DNA of 64,000 nucleotides from Octopus vulgaris (Eukaryota). Location of the stretch: positions 145,886,001-145,950,000 of the forward strand of contig OX597814.1 in NCBI GenBank assembly GCA_951406725.2, in the 5' to 3' direction. Position numbers and translations under genes: made by a program. This document shows, one piece after another, positions 1 to 14,085 of the stretch. The number at the start of each line of letters is the position of its first letter. Position 1 is the first letter of the stretch. The notes under the pieces were generated by a model, which was not told the origin of the DNA, did no database searches, and was given only the letters and a program-made list of their open reading frames with translations.

Positions 1-136
1 GATAACTTTTAGATTTCGATGACGTGATTGTATATTTTCAAAATGACACTGTAGGGTAGATGTGAGAAGCCAGATCTAGCTAGTTTGAACGTAAAAATGC
101 AAAAGATATTGGTCGGATATGGCCGGGGTGAATGTG

Positions 137-923
137 CATATTCTCAATGGGAGATAAACATTTATGGGGGGAGTAACATTTATGGGGAAAGTAACATGGT
201 GGCCAAAAGTTGAGAAAATGTTTTTTGTCAGCTTGGTCGTCATTCTTATCTTTCGTTCTGATGGGTTTTTTTAATTAGCAAACTCCCTGTGATTCATCGA
301 CAGAATGAAATGTTTAAGAACTCAAGTACGTTTTCCTTTCAGAGTGGCTATCTCTGACTGGTAATATATATTTTTCCTCTCTAGAAAGAATTTGTTAGAA
401 CATGGGTATTTAAAACCACAAATTGTGTGTTTATTTGAATCAATTTATAATACGCTTTCATCAATACGTTCATTTTATTACCTAAATTTGGAGTATAGTC
501 TGCTAACGTTGTGAAAATTCCTCTTCCAGTACATGCATACATAATACACACAGACACACAGACACATAAGTGCCATGTGTGTGAGCGTGTATATATATAT
601 ATATATATATATAACAAGGGATTCAAATAAACACACAATTTGTGGTTTTAAATACCCATGTTCTAACAAATTCTTTCTAGAGAGGAAAAATATATATTAC
701 CAGTCAGAGATAGCCACTCTGAAAGGAAAACGTACTTGAGTTCTTAAACATTTCATTCTGTCGATGAATCACAGGGAGTTTGCTAATTAAAAAACCCATC
801 AGAACGAAAGATAAGAATGACGACCAAGCTGACAAAAAACATTTTCTCAACTTTTGGCCACCATGTTACTTTCCCCATAAATGTTACTCCCCCCATAAAT
901 GTTTATCTCCCATTGAGAATATG
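137..923. repeat. Near-perfect ~305-bp inverted repeat (arms 137-441 and 620-923)
   Basis: CATATTCTCAATGGGAG...TTTATTTGAATC reappears as its reverse complement. The only difference I saw is a T7 versus A6 homopolymer. Confidence 0.95.
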
Positions 924-1144
924 GTTGTGCGTGTATGCATGTGTGTGAGTGAGTGTATATGTGTATGTGTATGCAATTGTGTGTATACGTCTGTGTAGAC
1001 ATAAGCACACCTATGCGATCCTGTGATTATTGATTATATATGCCTTTTTCTGTACGTTTATGCATTTAATTTTGGAGTAGACGTCGATAGATGCACGTGT
1101 TATATTTAGTTTACATAGACATACGCATATATAGATATATGTGC

Positions 1145-1194
<50 letters not shown>

Positions 1195-1259
1195 GCACAT
1201 ATATCTATATATGCGTATGTCTATGTAAACTAAATATAACACGTGCCATGTGTGTGAGC

Positions 1260-1299
<40 letters not shown>

Positions 1300-1523
1300 G
1301 CACATATATCTATATATGCGTATGTCTATGTAAACTAAATATAACACGTGCATCTATCGACGTCTACTCCAAAATTAAATGCATAAACGTACAGAAAAAG
1401 GCATATATAATCAATAATCACAGGATCGCATAGGTGTGCTTATGTCTACACAGACGTATACACACAATTGCATACACATACACATATACACTCACTCACA
1501 CACATGCATACACGCACAACCAT
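921..1523. repeat. Second inverted repeat of ~230 bp (921-~1150 versus ~1294-1523), with an extra partial copy at ~1190-1246
   Basis: ATGGTTGTGCGTG...GTGCGTAC is the reverse complement of GTACGCAC...CACGCACAACCAT; (TA)n tracts lie between the arms. Confidence 0.93.
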
Positions 1524-2931
1524 CACTGTTATGGACCAAGGTTTTTCGTCTAATTCAGTCTGCCTTCGAAGTAATATGTTACCTTTAATTTCCCCCAATT
1601 TGCTGTATCCTATTCTCAGAATATTTCATAAATGCAAGTATATATATAAGATATTTCTCGATATTATTACAGGTGCGACTAGCTACTGATTAAATATCGA
1701 ATAATCCTGTACTTTTTGATATAACATACGCATTTTATTACTTTAATCGCATTGTAGAGTTGTATATTTAATAATATTCTCTCATGCTTAATAATTTCTG
1801 GCAAACACACACAGACGCGTTCACACACACACACACACATACACACACACACTTGCACAAACACAACTATATGTAGCTTGAAAATTTAATCTTTAATATA
1901 TATATAAAGAATAGTTACATACATAATATATACATATATATATATATATGAATGTCTATATATTTATATGTATATATGTACTTATCTTTCTGTCATCTGT
2001 CTCATTTGATATAATATATCTCTGTACCACAATTACACATCTACAATAGAAGACATACAATTCTAGTCGTAAACGTGTCTATACCACCTACCTGAAGGAA
2101 TTGAGTACAAAATGAAGGATTAAATTTATCTCCACAAATAGCTTTTCCAATTCAAAAGCCATCACAGCCTCAATTTTGGTGCTCACCTACCATCATCTTG
2201 GTATATACGTTTACTCCAAGTTAAGGTTTGATAATAACTTCGACAAAGTCTTATTCAATAACTGGAATCGCGACTTTGATGATGTATTTCTCTCAGGGGT
2301 CACGGAGCTTGGATCAACTCTATGATATTAAAAATATAATTAGTAAGGTAAGCCACAGTATCCAATTTACCAAAAGATATAGCCAAAATTTAGAAGCTAA
2401 CATTTTTGGACATTTTTATCATACAAAGAAACACGAACATTGAAACTTCAATTCACCGGATGTTAAACAATATCTGTTACTTTCTTCTATTCATCCAAAT
2501 GCTATGAAAACAGAGCAGTTACGTTTAAGTAGGGATAAATATTACCGCGCGGTATTATTAAGGCGTCTGTCAATAATATATATTTGTTAAGAAGCTTACG
2601 GGATAATCGCGACACCAGTGCCTGTTCTGATTCTGTTATTCTATATATCGCTACACAGATGAATCAATGTTATATGTAGTGGGGAAGCTTCCCTCATTGA
2701 CAAAACCAAGGAAGTTCGAAATTACGTGATCTGGCTGTCTCAGCTCTGGAGGCGGCGGGGATTATCCCCCCACTAGCAATATAAAGAAAATTGCATTCTG
2801 CACGAAAAACCGATATGTTAGTTTCTGTCAAGGTAACAACCACAGTACATTTTGTTCTAACAAAACATCACCGTTAAAGTTGAGATAAATATTACCTTGT
2901 GGCAATAATACGGCTTCTATCGCTTATATAA

Positions 2932-2994
<63 letters not shown>

Positions 2995-2996
<2 letters not shown>

Positions 2997-3152
2997 CGTA
3001 GGAGTGGCTGTGTGGAAAGTAGCTTGCTTACCAACCACATGGGTCCAGTTTCAGTCCCAGTACGTGACACCTTGGGTGTCTTCTACTATAGCCTCGGGCC
3101 GACCAAAGCCTTGTGAATAGATTTGGTTGATGGAAACTGAAAGAAACCCATC

Positions 3153-3196
<44 letters not shown>

Positions 3197-3419
3197 GTGT
3201 GTGTGTATGTGTGTATATGTATGTGTGTCTGTGTTTGTCCCCCATCATCGCGTGACAACCGATGTTGGTGTGTTTAAGTCCCCGTAACTTAACGGTTCGG
3301 CAAAAGAGAAGAGTAAGTAATATGCTTACAAAGAATAAGTCCTGGGGTCTATTTGCTCGACTAAAGGCGGTGCTCCAACATGGTCACAGTCAAATGACTG
3401 AAACAAGTAAAAGAGTAAA
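2995..3419 (+). mobile_element. tRNA-derived SINE (family 1) with internal (TA)/(TG) tract
   Basis: A-box-like TGGCTGTGTGG and degenerate B-box head; tail GGCGGTGCTCCAACATGG...GAAACAAGTAAAAGAG; full inverted homolog at 20968-21368. Confidence 0.85.
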
Positions 3420-4195
3420 TGTATGTATGTATGTGTAGTTTTCAACCTAGAAAGTAGATTCTGTACAAGTATATCCAGTCTTGAAATCTCAGAGTATGTC
3501 TTCAAGAACTTAAAGAATATCGCTCAAAAGATAATAACCTTTAATTTTAATCTATATTGGTATAGAAAATGCAAAAATTATAGCTAGCTAAGATGTACAA
3601 ATAGCAACAACCGGCACAGGTACTCTCACTATTTTGCTTTTTGTATTTATTCACAATCCAAGAAATACCGAAGCATATAACATCAACCGTCTGAATATTC
3701 AAAGGAAGAAGGTTTTCAGCACACAAATCTATTAGAAGATAACCCTATACTTAAAAATTGTTCACCAGTACCAAATTGCCCGTTGGAGATGCAGCTCCAG
3801 TGGCCAAACTTTGTATGCGTCCAAATTGTCGAATCTGTTGCAACCTTAGTGTTAACTCAACATGAATATAAATAGGGTCAAACATCTATCATAAAACGAC
3901 ATTTCACTTTTGCATAAAAACATTTTAATTCATGATTTTAAATGGAATAGATGTAGTGAATAAATCTATCATACAGAATGACACTCCACCGTCAAGAAAA
4001 ATGAGACATTTCCATTATATAGTGAACATCTAACAAACAAACAACCCAAATAATATTTTTTCTTTATATCAATGCATCTGCGACATCTGACTCAAACCAC
4101 ATGAAATAAAAAAAACGTTTATTAAGCAGTATAGACCAAATACTTTATAATAGCATGATAGAATAAGAAAGTATATACGACTTATCTAAACAATC

Positions 4196-4512
<317 letters not shown>

Positions 4513-5775
4513 CGAATTTCTTTCGAAGCGAAACCCAATCTTGAAAGTGCTATGTTTTTGAGATATCTGCTGACGTCATACTAGATTTGAAAAAATAGTT
4601 TATGTTTACATTAATTTGGAAAATTGGTTTTCATTGATGGACCCTTTTGATTCCTATTTTACTCGGATGGACCCTCCTAATCATTTGATGTCTAAAACAG
4701 ATCATATTTTAGAATTAACTATTATATTATTCGGAGCTGTTTAAAAAAGTGTTAGAATATTTACAAGATTGTAATAACATATGAAATTTCTTGCAGATAA
4801 ATTTTAATAACAAAATCTTGTATAGAACCCAAGGGCCATAACTAGACTTTTGTATGAGGGAAAAATAAGCTAGTAAGTTTATTGAGCATTCACCCGAACG
4901 GGACATCAGAAAAACGAATTAAACGAATGGCCGATTAAGGGAACCAGCGGACTTAAACGCTAGACTATTGTCAGAGGAAAACAAATGACCAAGACAGATG
5001 AAAGATGACGTCTACAGACAGTCATGCGACCAAGACACCTATCTGGCACTGACAAGTAAGTACTAGTGGGAAATGTGAGTAAGTAACCAAGCAGGACGTG
5101 AACGTATATCTTAAAAGCTACAAATATAAGACAATATCATCTTGATAATTGCTCAAGTACCATTCTTGAAAGAGAAAATTTGAATAATCGACAGAGCTCG
5201 TAAAAAGCCATTGTCATATCCTTTAAAATCTACATCATATCTCATTTTTGGTTTACCTTTTTGAAATTTCAAACTAATATTACGATGAAATTTATCGAAG
5301 ATCAGAACTTACAAAACTACTCATTGATCTGATACTTTTGAACACTTGAGTTATCATTATGTAGAATATTTTATTGTCGTGTATATTCTAACATTATGAA
5401 CCCTTTTCGTGAAATATTTTTCATTTGACTGACAAACAGAAACAAAAATCTTGAAATAGGTATCATATTCATAAACTTTAAAATAGTATAGCATATACAG
5501 TTCGTTTTAAGACCTGGGGCATTTCTTGCTTTTTGGATACATGCATAAATACATATCTATAAACACACACACACATATACACTCTAAGACCCCACTACAA
5601 CTTCTTTAATTTCCTCATCCCCTGACTCCGAACAATTGTCTAGTTATCTATTTAATAGATCTTTTCACTTTAAGTCGTCTCCGACTAATGTCACTTAGTG
5701 GTTAAATACACCGACTTCCATCAGTTGAATCTTGGTAACAATGGCCTTGCCAGTACTGGTTGACACACCACCAGT

Positions 5776-5895
5776 TTCTTCTTCTTCTTCTTCTTCTTCT
5801 TCTTCTTCTTCTTCTTCTTCTTCTTCTTCTTCTTCTTCTTCTTCTTCTTCTTCTTCTTCTTCTTCTTCTTCTTCTTCTTCTTCTTCTCCTTCTTC
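5776..5895. repeat. (TTC)n microsatellite immediately 5' of the ORF1-like element
   Basis: Directly visible. Confidence 0.97.
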
Positions 5896-6073
5896 CGATT
5901 TCTATCCATCTTCCTCTTCCTCCTTCCTTATCTCCCTTCTATCATTATATGTATTCGCCCTTTTGATCCCCTCTCCACATAATTTCGTCACCAGAGACGC
6001 ATACACACTTTTAGTTTTCTCCTTTTTATTTCCTCCCGATACTTTCCTAACAAAGACGAAAGTATATCAGAAA

Positions 6074-7223
6074 ATGGCACAGAAAGTAGGTGGTGACGTA
6101 AAGTTGTCGCCTCCACAGAACGTCATGGAGAATATGGAGAAAAAACCCATTGTTTATAAAGTTTATTCAGTGGAACAGAAAAAGGTAGATCACGGAGAAG
6201 CCGAACCAATCAAGACGGCGTTATGCGCGGTATCAAAAAAATGGTGTTTTTAACAAGAGGAAATAAATATGAAACGGTGGTGGCTCAGTTCAAGATGGAG
6301 GAAGTAGCGAGGAGGCTGGCTGTAAATACGGTGAAATCGGATAAAGTTGTCCTTCAACCCATGTATCTTGGAAGGAGGACATCCAGGATCAGGGTAGAGG
6401 GAATCCCGCCAGATATAGATGTGATTTATGATGCAGCAGCTGTCCTCCTTGGAAGTGAGGAGACGGTGGCCGTTCTGGAAGCCACGGAAAGGGAAGATGG
6501 GATGTAGAAAGGAAAACATTAGAAGTGATTATTCAGGCTGAGGCAGAATCCCTAGAAAATTTGGCGGAGACAGTGACTGTTTCAAACATAAGCTTCAGAG
6601 TGTCGGTGTAGGGCAGAATCCCTCGCTGTTTTAAATGTGGTCTGAAGGGCCACATAAGAGCAAAATGTCCTCCACCGATCAAAGAAGCAGAAAGACCGAA
6701 AGAGGAAGAACCCCAAGAAGAGACACAGGAGGAACGCTAGGAAGGACTAAAAGAAGATAGAATGATACCAGTAGAGGCAGAAAATGAAACGGCAGCAGAA
6801 GAGTGGGAAACCACCGAAAAAGGAAAAGAAGAAAGAGTAAGAAGATAAGCCCAATGCATGCAGATCTCCTCGCTACAACTAACCAATGCCCACCCATACC
6901 CTCTTCGTCCCACCCTCTCCCTGCAGACACTAAACCTTCCCATTCCCCTCCAACACAAAGACAAAAAGAGAGCTTACACACAGGAATTCGCAAACTTCCC
7001 CTCTTATTGGTATGTGATGTTTGAAGACGTGGAAAAGGAACTGGTTCAAAGGGTTACTGGATGGGAAAATACAGTTTATGTTGATGTAGAGAAGGAAGAG
7101 AGTATTGAAGGAGAAAGTACAGTTCTGCTTACAACAGAACAACAAATGTTGGATATAAAGGGGCACGAAGGAGATTACGAGCTGTGGCAGGTGGACTATG
7201 ACATGGAAAAACTGCAACGGTAA
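6074..7223 (+). pseudogene. Disrupted Gag/ORF1-like gene of a Tx1/L1-type non-LTR element
   Basis: ATG at 6074; RRM-like segment SRIRVEGIPPDI; GRIPR followed by CFKCGLKGHIRAKC (CX2CX4HX4C knuckle, 6627-6668); charged low-complexity C-terminal region; frameshifts and stops; no ORF2 seen downstream. Confidence 0.75.
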
Positions 7224-8420
7224 ATAGAATACAAAGAACCAAAAATACAATATGGACTAGAATGGAACACAGAGATAGAGTAAGTGATGTTACTTTGTGG
7301 GGCAAGTAACACCATTTTCATTTCTCATTTTCATTTTTCAATATATCATACGTTTTATTTTTTCCTTGGTTTTATGTCCCCAAATGTGATGTATTTTCCC
7401 TCTTTGTTTGCCCGTTATGAATAATTTAAGTTCTTTCTTCGAGACAAAGTTGTTCAATTGATTTCTGGAAGCTATGATTGCCTGTTCAGTTTATGCAATT
7501 TGTGCTTTGTGTTAAGCATTTATGGATTTGTTTTGTGTTCCAGGAATTCGCCAGAACTTTTGTCAGATTTAAAATAATTTCTGTATCACATCTGGGTGAG
7601 TACGAAAGAAAAAAAAAACTCTTGCGTTATGTTATAATATTTATGTGAATTTTGAACCCTGCATTTGTGGCAGGTTGTGTAGTAAATTTGCTAGCTATAT
7701 TCTGTTAAGATAAATGTTAAAATTTGTATAAATAGCTAAAGGGCGAATGAAATTAAATTTTTTCATGTAACAATTTTTTTTGCATTAGACAACTGTAAAT
7801 TTTGCCTAATGGTTATTCAGCAGGCTTGTATGAAAGAGTTTTGAGTGAATTTAAAGCAAACTAGCTTTTTGTTTGAATATTTAATTTTTTAACTATAATT
7901 ATTGATGTAGTCTGGCAGCCGTTTTGTGTCATGAACTCTTAGTTTAAATGGTTGCTTTGACCTTAGATTCATTTATATTTTAGTTCCAAGGTTCGAAATC
8001 CAACGTTGAACACCGAATTGGTGAAGACAGATTGTATGACATTCCAAGGTTCGAAACCTACTGTACGAAATCCGAGTTTCCAAAACTGAATTTGTACTAA
8101 AATGGAAATCCAGATTTTATGAAATCCAAATTTTGGGAAAGCATATTTTTGAAAAACCAAATTTGTAAGACCAGGTTTTGTGTGAGGCTAATTTTGGTGA
8201 AACAAAAAACCGGGAATCGGAGTCCGAATTCTGATCTGTATATATGTTACATTTGTAAATATTTTGACTGCACATCTGAGGCAGCATTTGCTTTTTGTCC
8301 GTGTGTATATTTGTTTTGTATGTAAACTGCTTTTTATGCTGACTATTGTTAATAATATTTGTTTGGGGTTCACCATATCCTCGTTGAATCTGTAAATTCG
8401 GGTTATGGCCACAAGGTCGT

Positions 8421-8514
<94 letters not shown>

Positions 8515-8531
8515 ACATACATATATATATA

Positions 8532-8748
8532 TGAAGGCAGGCGGTTCCGTGTTTAGAGCGTCAGGCTCAAAATCATGAGCTAATGAACTCGATTCCCACA
8601 CCGGGATGTGTGTTTCGCTCTTGAACAAGGCACATTATTTGACGTTGATCCAGTTCAGTCAGCTGCATCGACTTTTGCCTTTCCTTTGAATAACATCAGT
8701 GGCGTGGAGAGGGGAAGCTGGTATGCATAGGTAACTACTGGTCTTCCT
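8532..8748 (+). mobile_element. Degenerate tRNA-derived SINE (family 2)
   Basis: Collinear with 56105-56432 (TTAGAGCGTC...CTTGAACAAGGCAC...CAGCTG...GGCGTGGAGAGGGGAAGCTGGTATGCAT). Confidence 0.75.
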
Positions 8749-8761
8749 TATTTATGTATGC

Positions 8762-8792
<31 letters not shown>

Positions 8793-8794
<2 letters not shown>

Positions 8795-8901
8795 CATTGC
8801 AGCGTGTCAAGAACCTTGCTTCCCAAACAAACGGTTCCGGGTTCATACTTCATACCTTAGCAAGTAGCTTCTACTATAGCCTCGGGTGAACGAAAGCCTT
8901 G
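8793..8901 (+). mobile_element. SINE family 1, 5' fragment
   Basis: GGTTCCGGGTTCA...CTTCTACTATAGCCTCGGG...AAAGCCTTGT matches 2995-3115. Confidence 0.7.
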
Positions 8902-11900
8902 TCAGTGCTGTTATTTGCTGTAATATGCATTTTGCTCTCTTGCATAAATGTTTGAATTCTTCAATCTGATTATTGATTCACATAATATATTTAGTTATAT
9001 TTCATTAAATAGCTCGTGTGATGCTTCACGATATTTTAATTTCAGATAACTTGGAACTGAAGTCAATCGCTGTAAATAACTCTTTTGCATTTTTTTATTT
9101 ACTGGTCATGTATAATTCACATATCTGGAAATAAAATCATGTAATTAATATTTCTTTGGTTATTTACAAATAAGTATGAAAAAACACTTGATGCAACATA
9201 AAAATATTTTCGGTTCTATTCCATCATTTATCCAACAAGTGTGTTCGTTTTGCAGACTTGCTTTATTCAACTTTATTTAAGAATTATACACATCAATGGC
9301 CGGAATTTAACTTTTGATATCCGATTACACTGAACTCAATAACAAGACGATAAACATCTATAAACCGTAACTAAATTTTAATAGCGAATTATTTGTTAAT
9401 CTCCTGCAAATTACACCATTTAAAATTTAAATCAGCATTTGCTCATGTTACTTCCGTAGATAGATAAGATGACGCAATATGGATTTTAAATAACTTCATC
9501 TTGTTAAGTAATTTGTTATCCATTTTACCCTCTCTTATCTTTCTAAGCAGCAAAGATGAAGTAATATTATAAATAAATTACATTCAAATAAATGAAATAA
9601 ATTTAAGGGTTTTCAACGATAATATATCTTTTCTTAGTGCTTATATTTTTCGTTTTCAGCAATCGCAAGCGGATCACATGTCACAGAAATCCATGTCATA
9701 AAGTACTGCACTGTTACAAAATTAGTAACACACGAAAATGTCATTATATAATATATAATGTTAACAATTTTCCAAATACGATCAAATTTGAAATTGAAAA
9801 TAGGCTCCAGATTATTTAGTTGTAATTTGATTTGTTGCATATGACCTTATTACTTCAGCACCTAAGTTTAAAAGTTCTTGTAAAATATTAAATTAGTAAC
9901 TCCTTTAATAATTATATTTAACAGTAACAGCGTCGTAGTGGCAGCTGGAAGCGTATTTTATAGGAATTGCTATTGTAATGGTTAGAATGAAATTCCAGAA
10001 CAATCGGATCAGGAAGACTGCATCAAAAATATTGGAAAAAGGAAATAAAATAGTATATTTAGAACATTTCCGCTGTATGGCATGAATATAAAATGATCAG
10101 TTTTTAATAAATTGTTGAAAGAATTTGAGAATGCAAGTGATTCTATCCTTAGCGATTCTATTATTTGCAAGGATAGCCAGAAGCTATTTCATGGCATATA
10201 CTAAAGTTGAATCACTAGAAATTATCAGATTTTTAGAGCGGAAAATATGTTTAAATGTACTGGATTTTAGTCAGGAACATATTAAATTGTTATAAGCCTG
10301 GTGCCTACACATTTTGGGCAAATGTAATACATTTATTTCTTGAACAAGTAATGAATAATCGTATACTAGAGAAGTTTGTACAATGAAAAAATATAACCTT
10401 TAAAATAAATGGCATTAAGGTAATATTTCAGACATTGCTAACCTTTCAAGTATTGGGAAAGTCATTTGAATATATTAGATTTAGCAATCGACTAAATTCG
10501 TGAGTGGTTCTCATACCGCTTAAGGTATGATGTGCAGGCTGATTTAAAAAAATAAGATAATATCAGGATTTCCTTTTGAGTTGAATAAACAGACTATATT
10601 TGTTTTTGCTTTCTACATGTGCATAGTATTTTAAGCTGGTAATATTCTTGTCATACGATAATTTCAGTTTCGTTTGTTTTACAACGGTAATCCGTATCAC
10701 CTTACAATAGGTTTGCTCTCATGAAATTTCATTTCATGGTCTTTCATATTAGGAAGAAACGCTTGCATGCTAACTCTTCTTAATTTGTCAGAGATCCAAT
10801 ATCGTATTGACTGAACAACTAGAAGAGAAAACACTCATATTCATATTAAACATAAAATAGAATGAAATACAAAAACGGTTTATATATCTTTATATATCAT
10901 ACGTATTATTTTTATATTTCATCTCTGGATTGCTAATATGAATTTCAAGCAAAATTATGTATTCATTTAAAAGAAGCGAAAGAGATGAAATGAACAAAGA
11001 ACACGCAATATAAATATTCAAAGGCACCATGGCATTAACTTTTTTACTGTTTCAGGTAAACTTACATGGCCTTGCAATGTAATTAATTCAATAAACAATT
11101 GTAATGCACTGTTTTGATGATATCTATTTCAGCTCTTGCCAAAAAAAAAACTGTAAGCTTAGAAAATATTTAAATTCATCATCATTTGATCACTTGCAAG
11201 TAAGTCCATAGAGTATTGCCTAAAATATCAGATGATTCTGGTACATGAGTATCAAATAAATAATATATATGCGTGTATGTATACGTGTAAATAAATAAAT
11301 AAATATATATATATACATAAACACACGCATATAACTATATTTAACTCTTTTAATATATACATACAGACATACACATATGTGTATAATTATCAGTTTCTTT
11401 TTGCTACGTAATTCATGAAGAACGTATGAAGAAGCAGCTTATACAGTGAGATTGTAAGCACCAGTTCCGAACAGTTGGTTGGTTAATTATCATAGCTTTA
11501 TTACTCCCTTTGGAAACCAGAGGTACAAAAAGGGGAAAAAAGAAAGCATTGACATTTCTTCTTCTGTGGGTAACAATCATGATGCCCGTGCATTGTTATG
11601 CAATCTGAAACGAGAAGGTAACAGTATTGCAAGCCATTATAAGATAATATACTTTAGATAATATACTTTAAGACAAATGCAGATATTTAAAGAATACGAT
11701 GCTGACTCTGGGATCTGCAGATAATCATTAAATATCAGATGGTAAGCTTATGGAAACAAATGATGCGTGTGCGAAAACCAGGGCTGGATCTCATACTTTT
11801 GCTTTTTTTTTATGAACGTCTCACTTTGATCTATAAAGAAAAATGTAAACATTTTAATCTTTGCCAGTGAATTGGATGATCTTAATTGAAAGCCTGCAAA

Positions 11901-12316
11901 ATGTTTCTTCTGCTACTCTGAGCTGCAACAACAAAAGACATTTATGGAGGAATATTTAGCAGTAAATATGTTCAGTTTATAAATTACGCGTATAAGACTC
12001 GTAATAATGCAATGACTTTACATTATTAGTACTGTCACTATTAAACCAATGATCTGAGATTATTGGTACTGTATGTCACTAGGGTCTATTACAGTTCAAT
12101 AAATTAATAAAACCTAAATATGTGATACAATTGTGGAGTGATTCCACCGAAAGTGTGGGTTGTGGATACACACTATATTTCAAGAATACTTAATTGTTTT
12201 CATAAGAATCTTATCATTAGTATAGCTTTATGTCCAATTGAATAATGGCCCGTGACTAAAACTATTTGATTAATGTTAACCAAACATGAATCTACCAGCT
12301 TGCACCATATATATAA

Positions 12317-12405
<89 letters not shown>

Positions 12406-13938
12406 CCAATGTATTTGCAGAAACATATTCATAATGCATTACAATCAGTAAATAGACGAATCTTCCGAAAAATGTTGTAAAGGGAATTGAATTGCAATGC
12501 CATCCAAATAGATGTTGAGAGATGTGTGAAACAGCAACTATTGCTGTTGGTAATGTAATCTAAGGGAATCTTCTGTGATAATTTTGTTTATTTAAGGCTG
12601 TAGTTTTGTTCAGTGCATTTTATTTTCAGTCCTGGGATTTCACTATTTACATGTGACTTAAACTTTGCTTTTAATTCATACAATCGTTATAAATGAAATA
12701 ACTGAGTGAGTATAACAAACGCGTGTGCTAGAAGCAAACAAATAATACCGGCATTGATTTTAGAATATAACAGGAAAAATGAAATCATGTTAGGTCCGTG
12801 ATACCCATTTAATATACAGATGTATTGTTACATTCCTTTTGTATTATTTATTGACAGAACAGTGGGAATGTGTTAGTGATCAAGTTGGAGAGGAACTGTG
12901 CAACGAGATGTTTAAATGCTTTATATAATTTAATACTATGTAAACTGAATATAGCTGTATAAGTGTTTTCTTAAATGCCTATCACGAATCATTTATAGAA
13001 TAATTGTTTCACTTTCAGCACTGGATCGCAAGTCAACTCGCTTACCAAACAGCTACCAGAAAATGTTAGAAAAAAATAAATCAACAAAATAATAAGCCTG
13101 TGATCTTATGAAAAGGACAGCAATGTCTGTTTTAATTGATTTATTGCTTAAGAAATCTTTCAGAGATTCATAATTACATTTTAATTTTTTGAATAATAGA
13201 TTGAATTTTAACTAAATCGCAGGTGCCTTTCAGAGCACAAATCAAACATTGTCTACAATGGTTCCGACCAGTAAAATGTCCTTGGTAATAGAAAGTACGT
13301 AGGATAATCATCTACGTAGGATAATCATCTATGTTGCATGACAAATACGAAGAAAGAGTTAATATATCATCATACTGCAGTACTGTGTATACATAACTTA
13401 TACAAAATGAACACAATTATATTCAAATTTCATTATATTTCATTATAGAATAACTTCATTATTCCCTGAAGTTTATATTGAAGAGACAATAAATAAATCG
13501 ATAATGATTTGTTTTTCCATTAATAAAGGGAACAATGGCAAATTAATGCCAGATTGAAATTACATATTGTTTTCTGAAATATGTTGAGATATGAGAACAC
13601 TAAGGAAATACACCATTAAATAGCAATATTGTATTATAGAATATATTCAGAAAGACTTAAAGGGTAGAAAATATTGGAAGAAAGGTACAAAAGAATGACG
13701 ATAACTAAACAAAGAAAGTAAATGAATAGTAGTACTGGTGATATCAAGTGCTAGATTAATCTTCGGAATTTTCAGGTTTCACAAACTGTGAAAATAAATT
13801 TATACAGAGCGAAATATATGAAATCTGAACCGTATACATATGACGTGAATCACCACCATAATCTACATGTGATTAAAGAACGGTACCATTCCATGAAATG
13901 CTAGTATTTCCACACATTTATTAATAAACAAATGCCGT

Positions 13939-13991
<53 letters not shown>

Positions 13992-14012
13992 CTGATGATT
14001 GGCCTGATACAT

Positions 14013-14084
14013 ATGAAGGCAGGCGGTTCAGTATTTAGAGCATCAGGCACACAATCATGAGCTAATGATCTCGATTCCCGCACC
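14013..14084 (+). mobile_element. SINE family 2 head fragment
   Basis: Close match to 8532-8603. Confidence 0.7.
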
Positions 14085-14085
14085 G

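Noticed and set aside
4620-4845. Possible hAT-type MITE remnant
   Set aside because: No terminal inverted repeats or 8-bp TSD could be identified.
7780-8425. Possible solo LTR ending CGTAACA, with a repeated CCAAGGTTCGAAA
   Set aside because: No matching TG start, TSD or second copy was found.
13296-13332. 17-bp tandem duplication TACGTAGGATAATCATC (similar ones near 23627 and 46105)
   Set aside because: Ordinary two-copy slippage duplications.
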